From Ruditapes philippinarum (taxonomy: Eukaryota): 64,000 nucleotides of DNA. Of this stretch, positions 14,474 to 28,071 are shown piece after piece. The translations under genes were made by a program, and so were the position numbers. Position 1 is the stretch's first letter, and each line of letters starts with the position of its first letter. The notes beneath the pieces are model-generated. The model had not been told where the DNA came from. It saw nothing but the letters and a program-made list of their open reading frames with translations, and did no database searches. The stretch lies in contig NW_026851624.1 in assembly GCF_026571515.1 (NCBI RefSeq), positions 186,001 through 250,000 of the forward strand, read 5' to 3'.

Positions 14474-16094
14474 AATATATTGAACAGTAAAATCCATTCA
14501 AACGAATACTTAATTCAATAATTATGACAAGTATGTTCGTCTCCTTTGCTTGTGTATAACAGAGAGTGTTTTTTCCATCAAACATTAGCTTTACTTTTAA
14601 AAACTATCAGTACCGGTAAAAAAGTACTGCTTTAATGTTAATCATTCGATTTAAAGAACATTACTTTTTTTATTCTTGGACATGTAAATATAAAAAAATG
14701 AATATCAGAACTTATTAATTAAAACAGGGATTTAAGGAGCATGTTTTTGACATTGATTATTGATAATGGCAAATTCTACAATTATATTTCTTTGAAACCC
14801 AAGTGCAGCAATGTTTTGTAAATGTTTTATAAGACATTTTTCAACATTAATATTTCAATTCATGTTATCTTAAATTCTGTTGAATTCTTGCAGAACGGTT
14901 ACTTTTCTAGAAAAGTTGTTGCATGGTTTTTATCACAATTCAGTTCTGTTTTAGATCGACAGGAATACACATACATACGTCTTAGATTTTAAGTGGTTTT
15001 GTGTGTTCTAAAATGAAATAGAATGAATCAATGAACCAGTTCACTAGGGAATGTTTTACTCTGACAGTTATGTCCCGTATGATTGCTAAAGAGAATATCA
15101 ATGTCAAATTGTTCGACAGGCAATCAGATCATCCAACAAAACATTCACATACTCATATCTCTGGAAAATATACCGTTGAAGGCGTTTACGAGAATGCATT
15201 GAGTACTATAAGAAATCGTTATTAAACTAAACAGTGACAGCATGTAACTTTATCATCTAGGATATGAATATTGTACATGTTCTGTCAGTTGCATTTCAAG
15301 CAAAATGATGCTTCCCACATGCTTGTATGGCTATTTCTAAATAGTCATAATCATATTTATAAACGGAAAAAATATGTGACGTCACATCGTCTTTAAGACC
15401 CCTAAATTTTGTAGGAAAAGAAATCCATGCCAATTACAAGAATAATAAAAAGCTGTTTTATTGAAAGCAAAATGGTAAAACTTCTACATTTTGCAATATG
15501 TGAGTTTAGTGAAACGTGATTTATCACTTTATGTTGTAAATGGCATTTTGTTGATAAATATGGTATGGTTATAAGGAATAGCAAGCATTTATGCTTGATT
15601 TACCGACTTCATTATCCGTCACATAGCCTCAACTAATGTCAAATATGTTTTGAAATCTATTGACCTTTTGGTACCAAAAGCTGTAAATAGCCTCTTTGGT
15701 GTTATAATATGACAGGGACAAATCGGCTTAGAGAAGGAAATTGAATGCTTTTGTTCGCGACAAAACTGTCTGAAAGCTTCCTTCATTTGAATGTTACAGC
15801 GGATAATTTCATTCGACAGACAATCATTTGTGTTTAGCCAAGATAGACTCAAAGTGACTTAACGTTATGAAATTATCCTATGGGAGGTAAAATCCATTAT
15901 GTCCCATCACCCTCGTTGATTCTATTTGCAGCGATAAGCTAATAACCGTTTCTGAGTTTATTATGGAACATAAGAATATTTTGTAAGGACCATTTTCTGG
16001 AAAGTATAAAATAGTATCCTTGAAATGTCGTTGAATTTTGACAAATAATTATGGACGATATTGTAAGATAGAACGTGTATGCATTTAAAAACAT

Positions 16095-16230
16095 TTTTTT
16101 TCCTCCATCGCTTTTTACGAAACAATTGCAAATACTGAAATATTAGTTTTCTTTTAACCCTTTTTTTTCCTCCATCGCTTTTTACGAAACAATTGCAAAT
16201 ACTGAAATAATAGTTTTTTAACCCCTTTTT
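16095..16230 (+). repeat. Local ~68-bp tandem duplication
   Basis: TTTTCCTCCATCGCTTTTTACGAAACAATTGCAAATACTGAAAT occurs twice; once in the paralogue at ~26282. Confidence 0.9.
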
Positions 16231-17644
16231 AACACTTTGAGTATCATCTTTATGAGCACGTTAAACATACTTCCATACGTATTTATATTCGTTACAGTCT
16301 TCTTTTGCAGCTACACGTATCCAGTAAATGTTGAGTAAAATCTCTTTAAATGGTATAAAGCAATATCTTATGTCATATTTTCATAACTTTATCAACAATA
16401 AGATTATATTGGTTCAATTATCTTAAGGTTCTTGCTGTAAAGTATTGTAACATAGAATTCCTCTTGACGTGTTTAACACACATGTATATTGTACGTTCAC
16501 ATAATAAAATGTTTCGGAACCAAATATTATTCAAGTAGGGTTTTATTCGCCGTGCATGACAGCTATTCGCTTTTTATGCAAAGGCAATTTACTACCAGTT
16601 TTATTTTATAGACAAACATTTGGGAAGCATTCTTTTATTTCAAAATAAGCAATACTTTATGCAGCGGATATAATGCGTTATATACTTTTATGCATATGTT
16701 CATACTGTTATGTAAATTTTAAACGTGAATTTAGAGACTCATGAACAAAATATATTGTAAATATTTATAATTTCTACTTTAATGTTTGTACTCTTACATT
16801 TTGATAACTCATGTGTTCATCAAATTTTCAAAGTAGTTTTTTCAATAGCAAACTAAAAACCGAACACAAATATTTTAAGGCTACTCATGATAGTTATACG
16901 AGTAAAATTGACTTCAACTAATATACTAGCATACCTTATCAATATCATATATAATTTAATCTTAACTCTAGAATATTTTCATTTGCAACCACTACATTTA
17001 TCTACGTTAAAATTAATGAAATAAATATAACCAAAACGTACTTTCCCTAAGCAACCGTCAAAGTACTTTAACAAAATGTCAAGTATGGCACAGAAACCTT
17101 GAGAAACTTGTTAAAACCTTAATTGCTTCGAAAGTGCCCAATGGCTAAATTCATAAAATGAGAACTTCTCGATCAACACACGGTTGCCGGTGATCTGTTA
17201 ATGACTAAAGATATAATGTAAGGTAGAATTCAATTGCAACAGAAGCGTTCCTGGCCCTATTTTTTGTAATTGGAATAGTGTATGGGAGCATTCTCCAAAT
17301 TTTATTTTATTCTGTCTCGCACGACAGTCGTCAGTGATTTTTTTGTTCATATTTTCTTACGGCATTATTTTCAGTTTTTTGTTCGTTTGTTTTTCTTGAA
17401 GTTAAATTAACTTTATTGTCAGTGCTTGTAAGATGTTTTGTTTACTATTTTCTTAATTCAACTATTCTTCTTTATCTATTGATCCAAGTCTGATCATTGT
17501 TGTTGAAAGGATTAGAACATTATACTTGTGCAAGTAAAGTAAAACAGGCCATATTGTTCACAAATTTGATAGCAAGCGTACTGTTAATTACAATATGATT
17601 GCTATCGATTGCTGAAGTTTATCTCTGTACATAATACTGTTGTA

Positions 17645-17930
17645 CTCGTTGTTTTGTTTTTTCTTTGTTTTTGTTTTTGTTGTTGTTGTTGTTGTTGCAC
17701 CAACATAGTAGAAGTGAAGTGATATGGTGATCTTCAAGTTTTTTTTTGCGGGGGAGACATCATAATCCTTTACGTGCATTGTTTCAAGCAAGAACGAGCA
17801 CTTGAGTAGAAACAGCTTGAGAGCTACCTCATGCGAAGGAATCTTAAGTCCCAGGCGGCATATGAACCCACGGCGGTAAGGGACACGTTTGTCTGAAGTC
17901 AACGACCATAACTACTCGGTCACGGGCGCC
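17645..17930 (-). mobile_element. Degenerate tRNA-derived Meta-type SINE with (CAA)n-like tail
   Basis: Head GGCGCCCGTGACCGAGTAGTT...GGGTTCA; body CATGAGGTAGCT...TTCTACTCAAGTGCTCGTTCTTGCTTGAAACAATGCACG. Family assignment is from memory of bivalve Meta-SINEs. Confidence 0.75.
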
Positions 17931-18064
17931 TTATCTAACAATTATAGCTTTGCATTTACATTTTCATAATAGTAATAATCACTATATGATATTTTAGCAA
18001 CAAATAATGTGTGTAATGCAAATACATGTAGCATAAATTTACACATATTCTCTTTATTTTTCAG

Positions 18065-18102
18065 ATGACTAGTTTGGATTAATGGTTACGATCTCAACAG
18101 CT
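18065..18102 (+). other. Candidate 38-nt micro-exon containing ATG (18082), encoding MVTISTA, phase-0 donor
   Basis: Long polypyrimidine tract plus CAG acceptor and GTAAGT donor. Both sites and the 38-nt length are kept in the paralogue at 28072. Confidence 0.6.
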
Positions 18103-18831
18103 GTAAGTTTATTATTGTATTAGGTGTCTGTTGTTTTTTTTGTGTTGACTTTTTTGTGGATTTTTAAATTATAATAATTTCGCATTTTTCACTGACAGCA
18201 GTTTTTATTAACTTTAAGGCTTGTATTTCAAGGTTTGAATATACGAAGACAAAGCGTAAAAGCACCAAAATATGTACTTAACTGGTACACGTTAATGTGT
18301 TTTTAAATTATTGTTTAAAAAACCGCAAACGTTGACTTATGAATTCAGACCAAAGTCAATGGTGAAAATTGGTAAAATATTCTACTGGTTAAGGTTTGTT
18401 ATTCAGTTTCAGCTCAACAGTACCGATACAAAATAAAACACTGCTTTATCTTTAACGAAAACGTTTCATACACATTCATTCCGGCAGAAAACAAGAGACA
18501 TTTTTACATCAAAATAGCAGGAATTTAGGTAAATACGAAAAAAGTATTTTCTGTTATTTGTCAAAATCATTCATTATACTTGTAATGGTAAACATAGCAA
18601 AGAACTTTGATAACGTTACCTTGACAAAATATTCTGTATACCATCATAATCGCATTTTATCCTACACAGCCTATCGGGTTATTTGTTTGACACAACCAAT
18701 GGCTTCTTTATGATAATAGTTTTCTATGCTTATTTACACAAACATAACACAATAGTTCAAAACAGATATGACACTTTACTGAAATTATAGAAATCTTCTA
18801 TATGAAAGTGTTTGCTGTTAAGATAGAATGA

Positions 18832-19180
18832 AATATCACATTGTATTATTATCAAAAAGATAGTTACAGTTTATGGCCTGAACTATCACCTTGTATTATT
18901 ACGAAACACATAGTTACAGATTATGGCCTAAAATGTCACCTTGTATTATTACGAAAAACAAAGTTGCAGTTTATGGCCTAAAATATCACCTTGTATTATT
19001 ACGAAAAACATAGTTATCGTTTATGGCCTAAAATATTACCTTTTGTTATTACAAAACATACTTAGTTACAATTTATGGCCTAAAATAACCCCTTGTATTA
19101 TTACGAAAAACATAGTTACAGTTTATGGCCTGAAATATCACCTTGTAATATTACGAAAAACATAGTTACACATTATGGCC
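18832..19180 (+). repeat. 49-bp minisatellite, ~7 copies
   Basis: Unit AAATATCACCTTGTATTATTACGAAAAACATAGTTACAGTTTATGGCCT. Confidence 0.95.
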
Positions 19181-19586
19181 ATATAAAACGTTCGTTTACG
19201 CGTGCATTGAAAGCAACACAATCCCAGGCGTTTTGGCAGGTAATGTCCATACAATGTGGTGGTTAATGTTCTCAATCAGTTTTTGAGAATAATAGATAGG
19301 GTTAAATTAGAGTAAAATTCTCATCAAAAGATATAGTTTTATGCGTTACAAGTTCACATATCAAGCTTATACATGTATGTCTATAATACATTTGTCATAC
19401 GATAATTGTTTTCTGAAAGTTTTGTTAAAAAAACAATACGGAATCGCAAATGCGCTTTTGTGTGCTTTATATTGATGACGATTAATTGTTCATTTTGATT
19501 TGCTCGCAAGTTAAAACTAAATGTTCACTTTGAAACAACAAATTTAAATGCTCTTGAATAGAAATGTTTTTTTTTTCCTTTTTCAG

Positions 19587-19658
19587 AATATCGTCTTTCC
19601 ACCCACTCCTTTTAGTATAAATGCAACACCTGAATGGTTTTTGTATTTTGTGTTTTAA
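19587..19658 (+). CDS. Candidate second exon of a micropeptide (NIVFPPTPFSINATPEWFLYFVF*)
   Basis: Very strong polypyrimidine/CAG acceptor, in frame with the phase-0 micro-exon. The paralogue keeps frame and stop. Confidence 0.3.
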   Translation, partial: NIVFPPTPFSINATPEWFLYFVF

Positions 19659-21664
19659 TGTGTGGCGTAGTTATTTGCATAAAATTCTGTAAAAGAACTC
19701 GCCTTTCTAATTGACTTTGAATTAAAGCCATTGCACTTTGTCACGAACCAAGAATATTTTAAGGGCATGCGCATGTCTGTGAGTTCATTAAAAAATGAAA
19801 ATGTGTACGAAATTATATAATCAGAATAGAGAAAAGCTACGTCTTGTCTTAAACGAAATGGTCTTCATAAAGAACAAAAAGTATAACAAGGGTTCGAGAA
19901 ACTTAGTCTGAGTAAGTGCCTTCATTGCCTTTAACCTGATCAACCACTTGATTACTATTAACTTGCGCAATATTACATTTTGTAATACATAATGCACTTC
20001 GCACGAAAAATTTGTATTTTAGCTTGTCCTTTCTGGAAATCTTGTTTCACGCAAAGTTTCTTTGAGTACCCTTCAGCAAATTCACCGTCCTCTCAATATC
20101 ACTTGACGAATTATTTCCAATATTTGTCTTGAATAATAATCAGACAATTATCTGAACTATGTTCATCTGTAAGTATTCTGAGACCTTGAAGTCTGAATAT
20201 TTCTCTTACTTGAAAAAAAAATACCCAATTGAATTTGTAAAGCAGTATAACCCTACATAATTGAAAAATAATATAGATGGCAGACAAGATATGCAAGAAA
20301 TAGTATGTTTTCCGTGAAAAGAGATCTTGTTTTTCTTCTTTTCTAAATATTCTCTCTAGTGCATTGCACGATACAGAAATTACACGGATTTCATTTGATT
20401 CATTTTAATAATTGGAATCTTATATTCGCAGCAGTGTCGGTAATGTGGTGTAAACATATGGTTTATAAGAACGGTCTTGATTTTATTGGTCTAAGTGTGT
20501 TTTTGTTTTATTTTTAGACATGCAATAATATCCAAATGAAGAAATTGAAAACTGCCGACGATATTATTTTTTGTAATTTATATGACTGCCTTTTCAACGG
20601 AAAAGCAAATACAAAATATCATCACACAAACATTTATTTTGATTTTATTTCAACTTCATACTCCCACATTTTGTATGTTTTAATTTCCCAAAAATATTAT
20701 ACTTATCATAGTTAAGGTTTGTTCTAAAAACCGCGAGACTTTAATATCTGATTACTTGCTTTTCGATTATGCACATACTCAAAATATTTTTTCTTAAGCA
20801 TTAAAATAGAAATTACTAAATGTTCGATTGCCGACACATTTGTTTGTTGTTTTTAATATCTTTAATTAGTTTTCATCACTTAAATGGCGATTTCTTCAAG
20901 CCATGATTAAAAATTACTAATTGTTCATTTTCCGATGCAACTATAACAAATATTTTGTGTCTCTTTTTTACAGGACTATTTTTTTCTGTATAAAGGTATT
21001 CGTTACTTGAATGATGGTTTCGAAAATACCTCTTTTGTCGCTATAACTGACGCTTTCAAGTTTATATAAAACAACCACATAAATAACTGAATTGTTCATT
21101 AAAATAAAAATAATAAATTATTTAAACTTGACTTTCCTACTCAATGGATTCGTGTTTTCACATTTACCCTGGATGTAAATGTGTATGTTTATCTTTTTCT
21201 ATGATATGATTTGCAACTGTCTTTCATGAAATGTCTTTATATGAAGCAGGCGTTTTAACGCATCAAGCCTACAATATATGTTTTTAAATAAGACTCATAA
21301 TAATGAAATTCAAACTAATTAGGAAACATTTCATATTGAGCAAACAAGTTCTCATAATAATATGTCATATATCAACATATTAGACTATATATCCGTACAA
21401 TTGTTAACTGAGTAGTACATCCTAGACGTTTATCCAACAGTTTGTTTTCTATTAGTCTCCCCTGACCTCATCATAGGATTATTCTACATACCTAAAATGT
21501 GAAACAAACTGGAGATATTCCATTGATAAGCTCGACGTTTTGTCTAGCTTGACAGAAACATTTAAGCTCATTGGCAGATTACCTGTTATATGAGGAAATC
21601 GAGAACCGGGCAGACAAATTTAACATCAGTGATACAATTTAGTTCATTAACAGTAAGTTCTGAC

Positions 21665-21709
21665 GTACGCGTATCAGGAACCTCAGGTACGCGTATCAGG
21701 AACCTCAGA
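21665..21709 (+). repeat. 22-bp perfect tandem duplication
   Basis: GTACGCGTATCAGGAACCTCAG x2. Confidence 0.9.
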
Positions 21710-22984
21710 GTAACATATTTATGTTCAATATAATTATACACATGTCTTGTTGAATAAATGCACCAATTAATAAACTATTACTAAAAGTAACGATAAATAA
21801 AACCAGACATAGTTAGATCTGCTTTTTGATACATTTCAGTAGAAAATGTTGGTACTTTTGTTAAATAAAACTACTCAACGACAAATTATTTCTTTATACA
21901 AATCTGGAAAATAAAATTCATTGGTTCTGACATTTTTTTTAAACAAAAGCAATATTTATGGAAAAAAATAAAAATGATTATACATATCATTGAATGTAAT
22001 TATTTGTTGCGTTAAATTTGTGCATTTATCGTCAATTTTAAATCAATGATTTTCTGAAATATAACCTCTAATTAGGCTTTATTAATTCAACAATTAACAT
22101 TATGTGTCTTGTTATAACAAATGAGCGAGTAAGTTAATATGAGAATAATCTCCTAAATGCTGCAACTTTGGCTTATCCTATCATTGAGGCATAAAACAAT
22201 CGAATTCTTTCGAGTTTTAAAAACATTCTATTATAGATTAAATCATATTTACACATTTTCATCATCCCACCAATAAACCAATATCTCATGAGATTCGTCT
22301 TAATCAGCTCGCTATGTCTTTGTATAGGTCATGAACACTTATGTAATATACATATATAAATTGTTAACATCCTGAAATACCGGAAAAATATTGATTATAA
22401 TTAACAAGGCGTTATATATATATAATTTTCATTTTATCAGTCATTACATCGAATACGCCCCCACCTCACGAATATTGTTTGCTACTGTTTCAAACAAGTG
22501 ATGGCCTAATATATCAAACACAGTATAATCTTTTACCTTTCCAATTGTTTATGTGTTTTGATGGATAGTACAATATGGATAAACAATGTATGTTTTTCTA
22601 TATCTAATTAATGAAAGTGTATGTCTGCTTATGTGTGAACTTTTAACTCTTTCTAACGCTGAACATGATATTGTTTTCGATAAAATCATTTTTCTTATGA
22701 TTTTATGAACCTTTACTTTTTCTCTGTTTCCATTGTTCAAGAAGTCATCGTCTTAATTAGCTAATTAGTCTGATCGTAGTAAAAGGCAAAACCATTCAAG
22801 AAATATAATATTTTAGAATGATTTTACAATCAACTTTATAAACGGATATTGCTTAAGGTAAGATATGAAAACTTTACATTAACATACATTATCCAGTCTT
22901 TTTTTAATTTTCTTTTTCATTTTGCATTTTGCTAATTATGCTGTGATAAGCAATGAAATGTTGTCTTAAACCATACACACGCAG

Positions 22985-23003
22985 GTGTGTGTGTGTGTGT
23001 GTG
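22985..23003 (+). repeat. (GT)n microsatellite
   Basis: About 9 GT units. The paralogue at 13164 has only GTGT. Confidence 0.9.
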
Positions 23004-23059
23004 ATCTTGCGAAGGTTAACTTATACCTGTTTACCTTGACCCTCAACCTATTGAACTTA

Positions 23060-23328
23060 AAAAGTTCACCTTGTGGTTGAGGGGTTGTCTCTAAAGGTTG
23101 AGGCATCAGAATTGCAGCCACCGTTTATCCCTGCGTGACCGTAAATGGCGACTAAATGGGTTTTACCCGAGTGTCTTCAGCCGGTGAGTTGGTTTTACCC
23201 CTGGTGTTGCTGTAAGTTTTTAACATCCGCGGCTAGCCAAAATCATCATTCCTGATTTGGTGCCAATCGACCTTAATTTTTTTCATACGCCGGAAAACAT
23301 TATAAACAAACAAAAACACAAACAAACA
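23060..23328 (+). mobile_element. Degenerate SINE (CCCTGCGTGACCGTAAATGGCGACTAAATGGG body, (AAAC)n tail); shorter paralogue at ~13180-13336
   Basis: GC-richer insert. The 3' part CCAAAATCATC.TT.CTG.TT.GG.GCCA matches fragments at 37133-37205 and 46100-46197. Confidence 0.65.
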
Positions 23329-24191
23329 TCTGCCATCAGTAAAGAGCTAGACGAGCCTGCACAACCACGGAGTCTTAAAAATATCTTTACATTCCGCTGT
23401 TTAATGCTTGTATCTTTTATTTAAATCCGCTTCATATTAAATTCTAAATTAAAACAGGTAACATCAATGACAACAATCTTAGCAAAAATAATGGTTCATA
23501 AGCTATGAGAGATTAAGAGAGTGTATGTATGCTTTTGTTATTTGTTGTTTATTCCTTTACTTATTGATGGAATGGGATAATTTCTGTATCAGGTTCTACA
23601 ACGTTATTTTTTCTGTTGTTTTTTGTTGTTGTTGTTGTTTTTTTCTACTCGTATTTGGAACGTGAAAACGGATATGCGAATGATTCAAATAAAACTGATG
23701 CGGCAACTGTAGATAGTTTTTCTTTCATCTCAACATTAAAGTAATAGCGACACGAAACTGGATCATTAAATATAGTTTAACAAATTATCTGTAATGTATA
23801 TTCGGAAGAGGCGGTACTTTAATTTCAATTTCTTTCATCATTTGTATGTCATGAGTTTTTTTTCTTGTTTGTATCCAGAATCAAATATATATGACGTCAT
23901 TCCAAGTATAGAACATAGATAACCGTAATAATTAGACTATTAGGGTAACTGTATCGGAATAAACACAACGCACTTTTTCTCCAGGGAATACAGGAAATAT
24001 ACGATGTAACTCTACATTTTGTATATATTTTCTTTATTATAACTTCTTATCTTCTTCAATATGCGAATTTATAGAATAATTAAGCATGCTCTCTTATAAA
24101 TTGGATATAGATTTGACTTCCAGATAAAGTTTGTTTTTATTTTTTTTTTAAAGTAAGTAGCACATAAATGTGTTGAATTACGTAACTACTA

Positions 24192-24465
24192 CATTGCTTA
24201 GTACTGATTGGTTCCAGGTACGGATCCGAGAGTGTATCAATAAGCGTATAGCTTCCAACACGACCGAAACTAAAATAAATTAGTATACATGAACTGCATT
24301 TGTCTCCGAATAGTTACAATCCCCTGTTACGGACGGACAAGCCGCTGTGTTACTGAGCAGGACATTTTACGCTCATTGCTCAGCAATTGTCGGTTCAAAG
24401 ACCGGATTCGGGAGTTTGTCTATAAGCTTATAGCTTTCTACACAATCAAACTGAAATAAATTCTG
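24192..24465 (+). mobile_element. Paralogous pair of truncated SINE copies in unit 1b
   Basis: Duplicate of 14200-14473. Confidence 0.85.
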
Positions 24466-24520
24466 ATAAACTGAACAGTAAAATCCATTCAAACGAATAC
24501 TTAATTCAATAATTATGACA

Positions 24521-24600
24521 AAATAGAAAAATGCAGAATCCCTAAAGAAAGCCCAACACGGCAAAATTGTAAATGTTGCAGGCTCGGTTTGATTGAGCCT
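24521..24600 (+). mobile_element. 80-bp terminal fragment of the hairpin-rich repeat
   Basis: Absent at paralogous position 14530; near-identical to the reverse complement of 57698-57777. Confidence 0.85.
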
Positions 24601-27600
24601 AGTATGTTCGTCTCCTTTGCTTGTGTATAATAGAGAGTGTTTTTTCCATCAAACATAAGCTTTACTTTTAAAAACTATCAGTACCGATAAAAAAGTACTG
24701 CTTTAATGTTAATCATTCGATTTAAAGAACATTAATTTTTTTATTCTTGGACATGTAAATATAAAAAAATGAATATCAGAACTTAAGACTGAGCTATCAG
24801 GGCATGCTTACTTACGACATAATTAAAACAGGGATTTAAGGAGCATGTTTTTGACATTGATTAATCCGTACTGTCGAGCTCTAAGAACAAAATTGATAAT
24901 GGCAAATTCTACAATTATATTTCATGTTCTTTAAAACCCCAGTGCACCAATGTTTTGCAAAAGACATTTTTCACTTTTAATATTTCAAATCACTTTATCT
25001 TAAATTCTGTTGAATTCTTGCAGAACGTTTAACTTTCTAGAAAAGTTGTTGCATGGTTTTTATCACAATTCAGTTCTGCTTTTTATCGACAGGAATACAC
25101 ATACATACGTCTTAGATTTTAAGTGGTTTTGTGTGTTCTAAAATGAAATAGAATGAATCAATGAACCAGTTCACTAGAGAATGTTTTACTCTGACAGTTA
25201 TGTCCCGTATGATTGCTAAAGAGAATATCAATGTCAAATTGTTCGACAGGCAATCAGATCATCCTACAAAACATTCACATAATAATATCTCTGGAAAATA
25301 TACCGTTGAAGGCGTTTACGAGAATGCTTCGAGTACGATAAGACATCTTTATTAAACTGAAAAGTGACAGAATGTAACTTTATCATCTGGGAAATGAATA
25401 TTGTACATGTTCTGTCAGTTGCATTACAAGCAAAAGAATGCTTCCAAAATGCTTGTATGGCTATTTCTAATCGAAATAATATATGCTGTGAGCTAAAAGC
25501 AACGATATTCTTCAATCGCACATAATGTTTACAATGACAATATGTCTCGTCACATCTTTTTATGTCCCTTTTTTGGTAGGAAAAGAAATCCAAGCCAATT
25601 ACAAGAATAATTAAAAGCTGTTTTATTGAAAGCAAAATGGTAAAACTTCTACATTTTGCAATATGTGAGTTTAGTGAAACGTGATTTATCACTTTATGTT
25701 GTAAATGGCATTTTGTTGATAAATATGGTATGGTTATAAGGAATAGCAAGCATTTACGCTTGATTAACACATTTAGTCACTATCCGTCACGTAGCCTAAA
25801 CTAATGTCAAATATGTTTTGAAATCTATTGACCTTTTGGTACCAAAAGCTGTAAATAGCCTCTTTGGTGTTATAATATGACAGGGACAAATCGGCTTAGA
25901 GAAGGAAATTGAATGCTTTTGTTCGCGACAAAACTGTCTGAAAGCTTCCTTCATTTGAATGGTACAGCGGATAATTTCATTCGACAGACAATCATTTGTG
26001 TTTAGCCAAGATAGACTCAAAGTGACTTAACGTTATGAAATTATCCTATGGGAGGTAAAATCCATTATGTCCCATCACCCTCGTTGATTCTATTTGCAGC
26101 GATAAGCTAATAACCGTTTCTGAGTTTATTATGGAACATACGAATATTTTGTAAGGACCATTTTCTGGAAAAGTGTAAAAGATTATTCAAACAGTTTCGT
26201 CTTTGAAATGTCGTTGAATTTTAACAAATAATTATGGCTGATATTGTAAGATAGAACGTGTATGCATTTAAAAACTTTTTATTTTCCTCCATCGCTTTTT
26301 ACGAAACAATTGCAATTACTGAAATATTAGTTTTCATTTCACCCTTTTTTAACACTTTGAGTATCATCTTTATTAGCACGTGAAACATACTTTCATACGT
26401 ATTAATACTCGTTATAGTCTTCATTTGCAGCATAAGCGTATCTAGTAAATGTTGAGTAAAATCTCTTTAAATGGTTTAAAGCAATATCTTATGTCATATT
26501 TCATAACTCTATCAACAATAAGATTATATTGGGTTCAATTATCTTAAGGTTCTTGCTGTAAAGTATTGTAAAATAGAATTCCTCTATTGTTTAACACACA
26601 TGTATATTGTACGTACACATAATAAAATGTTTCGGAACCAAATATTATTCAAGTAGGGTTTTATTCGCCGTGCATGGCAGCTATTGGCTTTTTATGCAAA
26701 GGCAATTTACTCATAGACAATCATTTGGGAAGCATTCTTTTATTTCAAAACAAGCAATACTTTATGCAGCAGATATAATGCTTTATATACTTTAATGCAT
26801 ATGTTCATACTGTTATGTAAATTTTAAACGTGACTTTAGAGACTCATGAACAAAATATATTGTAAATATTTATAATTTCTACTTTAATGTTTTACTCTTA
26901 CATTTTGATAACGCATTTGTATATCAAATTTTCAAGGTAGTTTTTCAATAGTAAACTAAAAACCGAACACAAATATTTTAAGGCTACCCATGATAGTTAT
27001 ACGAGTAAAAATGACTTCAGCTAATATACTAGCATACCTCATCAATATCATATATAATTTAATCTTAACTCTAGAATATTTTTTGCAACCACTACATGTA
27101 TCTACGTTAAAATTAATCAAATAAATATAACAAAAACGTACTTTCCCTAAGCAATCGTCAAAGTGCTTTTACAAAATGTCAAGAATAGCACAGAATCCTT
27201 GAGAAACATGTTAAAACCTTAATTGATTGGAAAGTGCCCAATGGCTAAATTCATAAAATAAGAACTTCTTGATCAACACGGTCGCCGATGATCTGTTAAT
27301 GACTCAAGATATAATGTAAGGTAGAATTCAATTGCAACAGAAACGCTTCAGGCCCTGTTTTTTAATTGGAAAAATGTATGGAAGCATTCTCGAAATCTTA
27401 TTTAATTCTGTCTCGCATGACAGTCGTCAGTGATATTTTTTGCCAATTTTCTTTAGGCATTGATTTCAGTTTTTTTTCCTGTAGTTAACTATTTTTTTCA
27501 GTGCTTGTAAGATGTTTTGTTTACTATTCTCGTAATTCAACTATTCTCCTTCAACTATTGATCCAAGTCTGATCATTGTTGATGGAAGGAATAGAACATT

Positions 27601-27684
27601 ATACTTATGCAAGTAAAATAAATCAGGCCATATATTTCACAAATTTGATAGCAAGTGTACTGTGAAACAGGCAATATGATATAC

Positions 27685-27937
27685 TTGTTTTTTTTTTTTG
27701 TTGTTATTTTTTTTCACCAACATAATAGAAGTGAAGTGATATGGCGATTTGTTAGCTTTACTTGTAGAAGGAGACATTATTATCCTTTACGTGCATTGTT
27801 TCATGCAAGAACTAGCACCTGAATAGAGAGAGACAGCTTGAGAGCTACTTCAAGCAAAGGAGTTTAAAGTCCCACCCACGGCGGTGAGGGACAAGTATGT
27901 CTAAAGTAATCGAATTAACCACCCGATCACGGGCCCC
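27685..27937 (-). mobile_element. Paralogous degenerate Meta-type SINE
   Basis: Same position in unit 1b as 17645-17930. Confidence 0.72.
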
Positions 27938-28071
27938 TCATTAAACAATTATACCTTTGCATTAACATCCTCTTAATAATGATAACTATTTGATATTCTA
28001 GCAAAAGATGATTTGTGTAATTGCAAAGAGCATATATTTACACATTCACACATATAATTTTTATTTTTCAG

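Larger units (their letters stand above)
11272..19723 (+). repeat. Tandem segmental duplication, unit 1a (~8.5 kb)
   Basis: Starts TAAAGCCATTGCACTTTGTCACGAACC, repeated at 19723. Ends ...AATTGACTTTGAATT, repeated at 30098. Collinear with unit 1b throughout; ORF-track pairs 15031/25161 and 15619/25796 are near-identical. Confidence 0.97.

Noticed and set aside
19229-19240. 12-nt micro-exon before conserved CAG|GTAATG
   Set aside because: No pyrimidine tract, and the sequence is poorly conserved in the paralogue.
19620-19658. PEW-aromatic motif resembling cytochrome b PEWY (NUMT)
   Set aside because: Only 3-4 residues match and there is no flanking cytb similarity.
19674-19681. Octamer ATTTGCAT occurrences as snRNA-gene enhancers
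   Set aside because: Several are expected by chance at this AT content plus duplication; no snRNA body seen.
25264-25770. 168-aa minus-strand ORF shared in part with 15402-15584
   Set aside because: Similarity reflects the DNA duplication; the paralogue is truncated by indels and stops.
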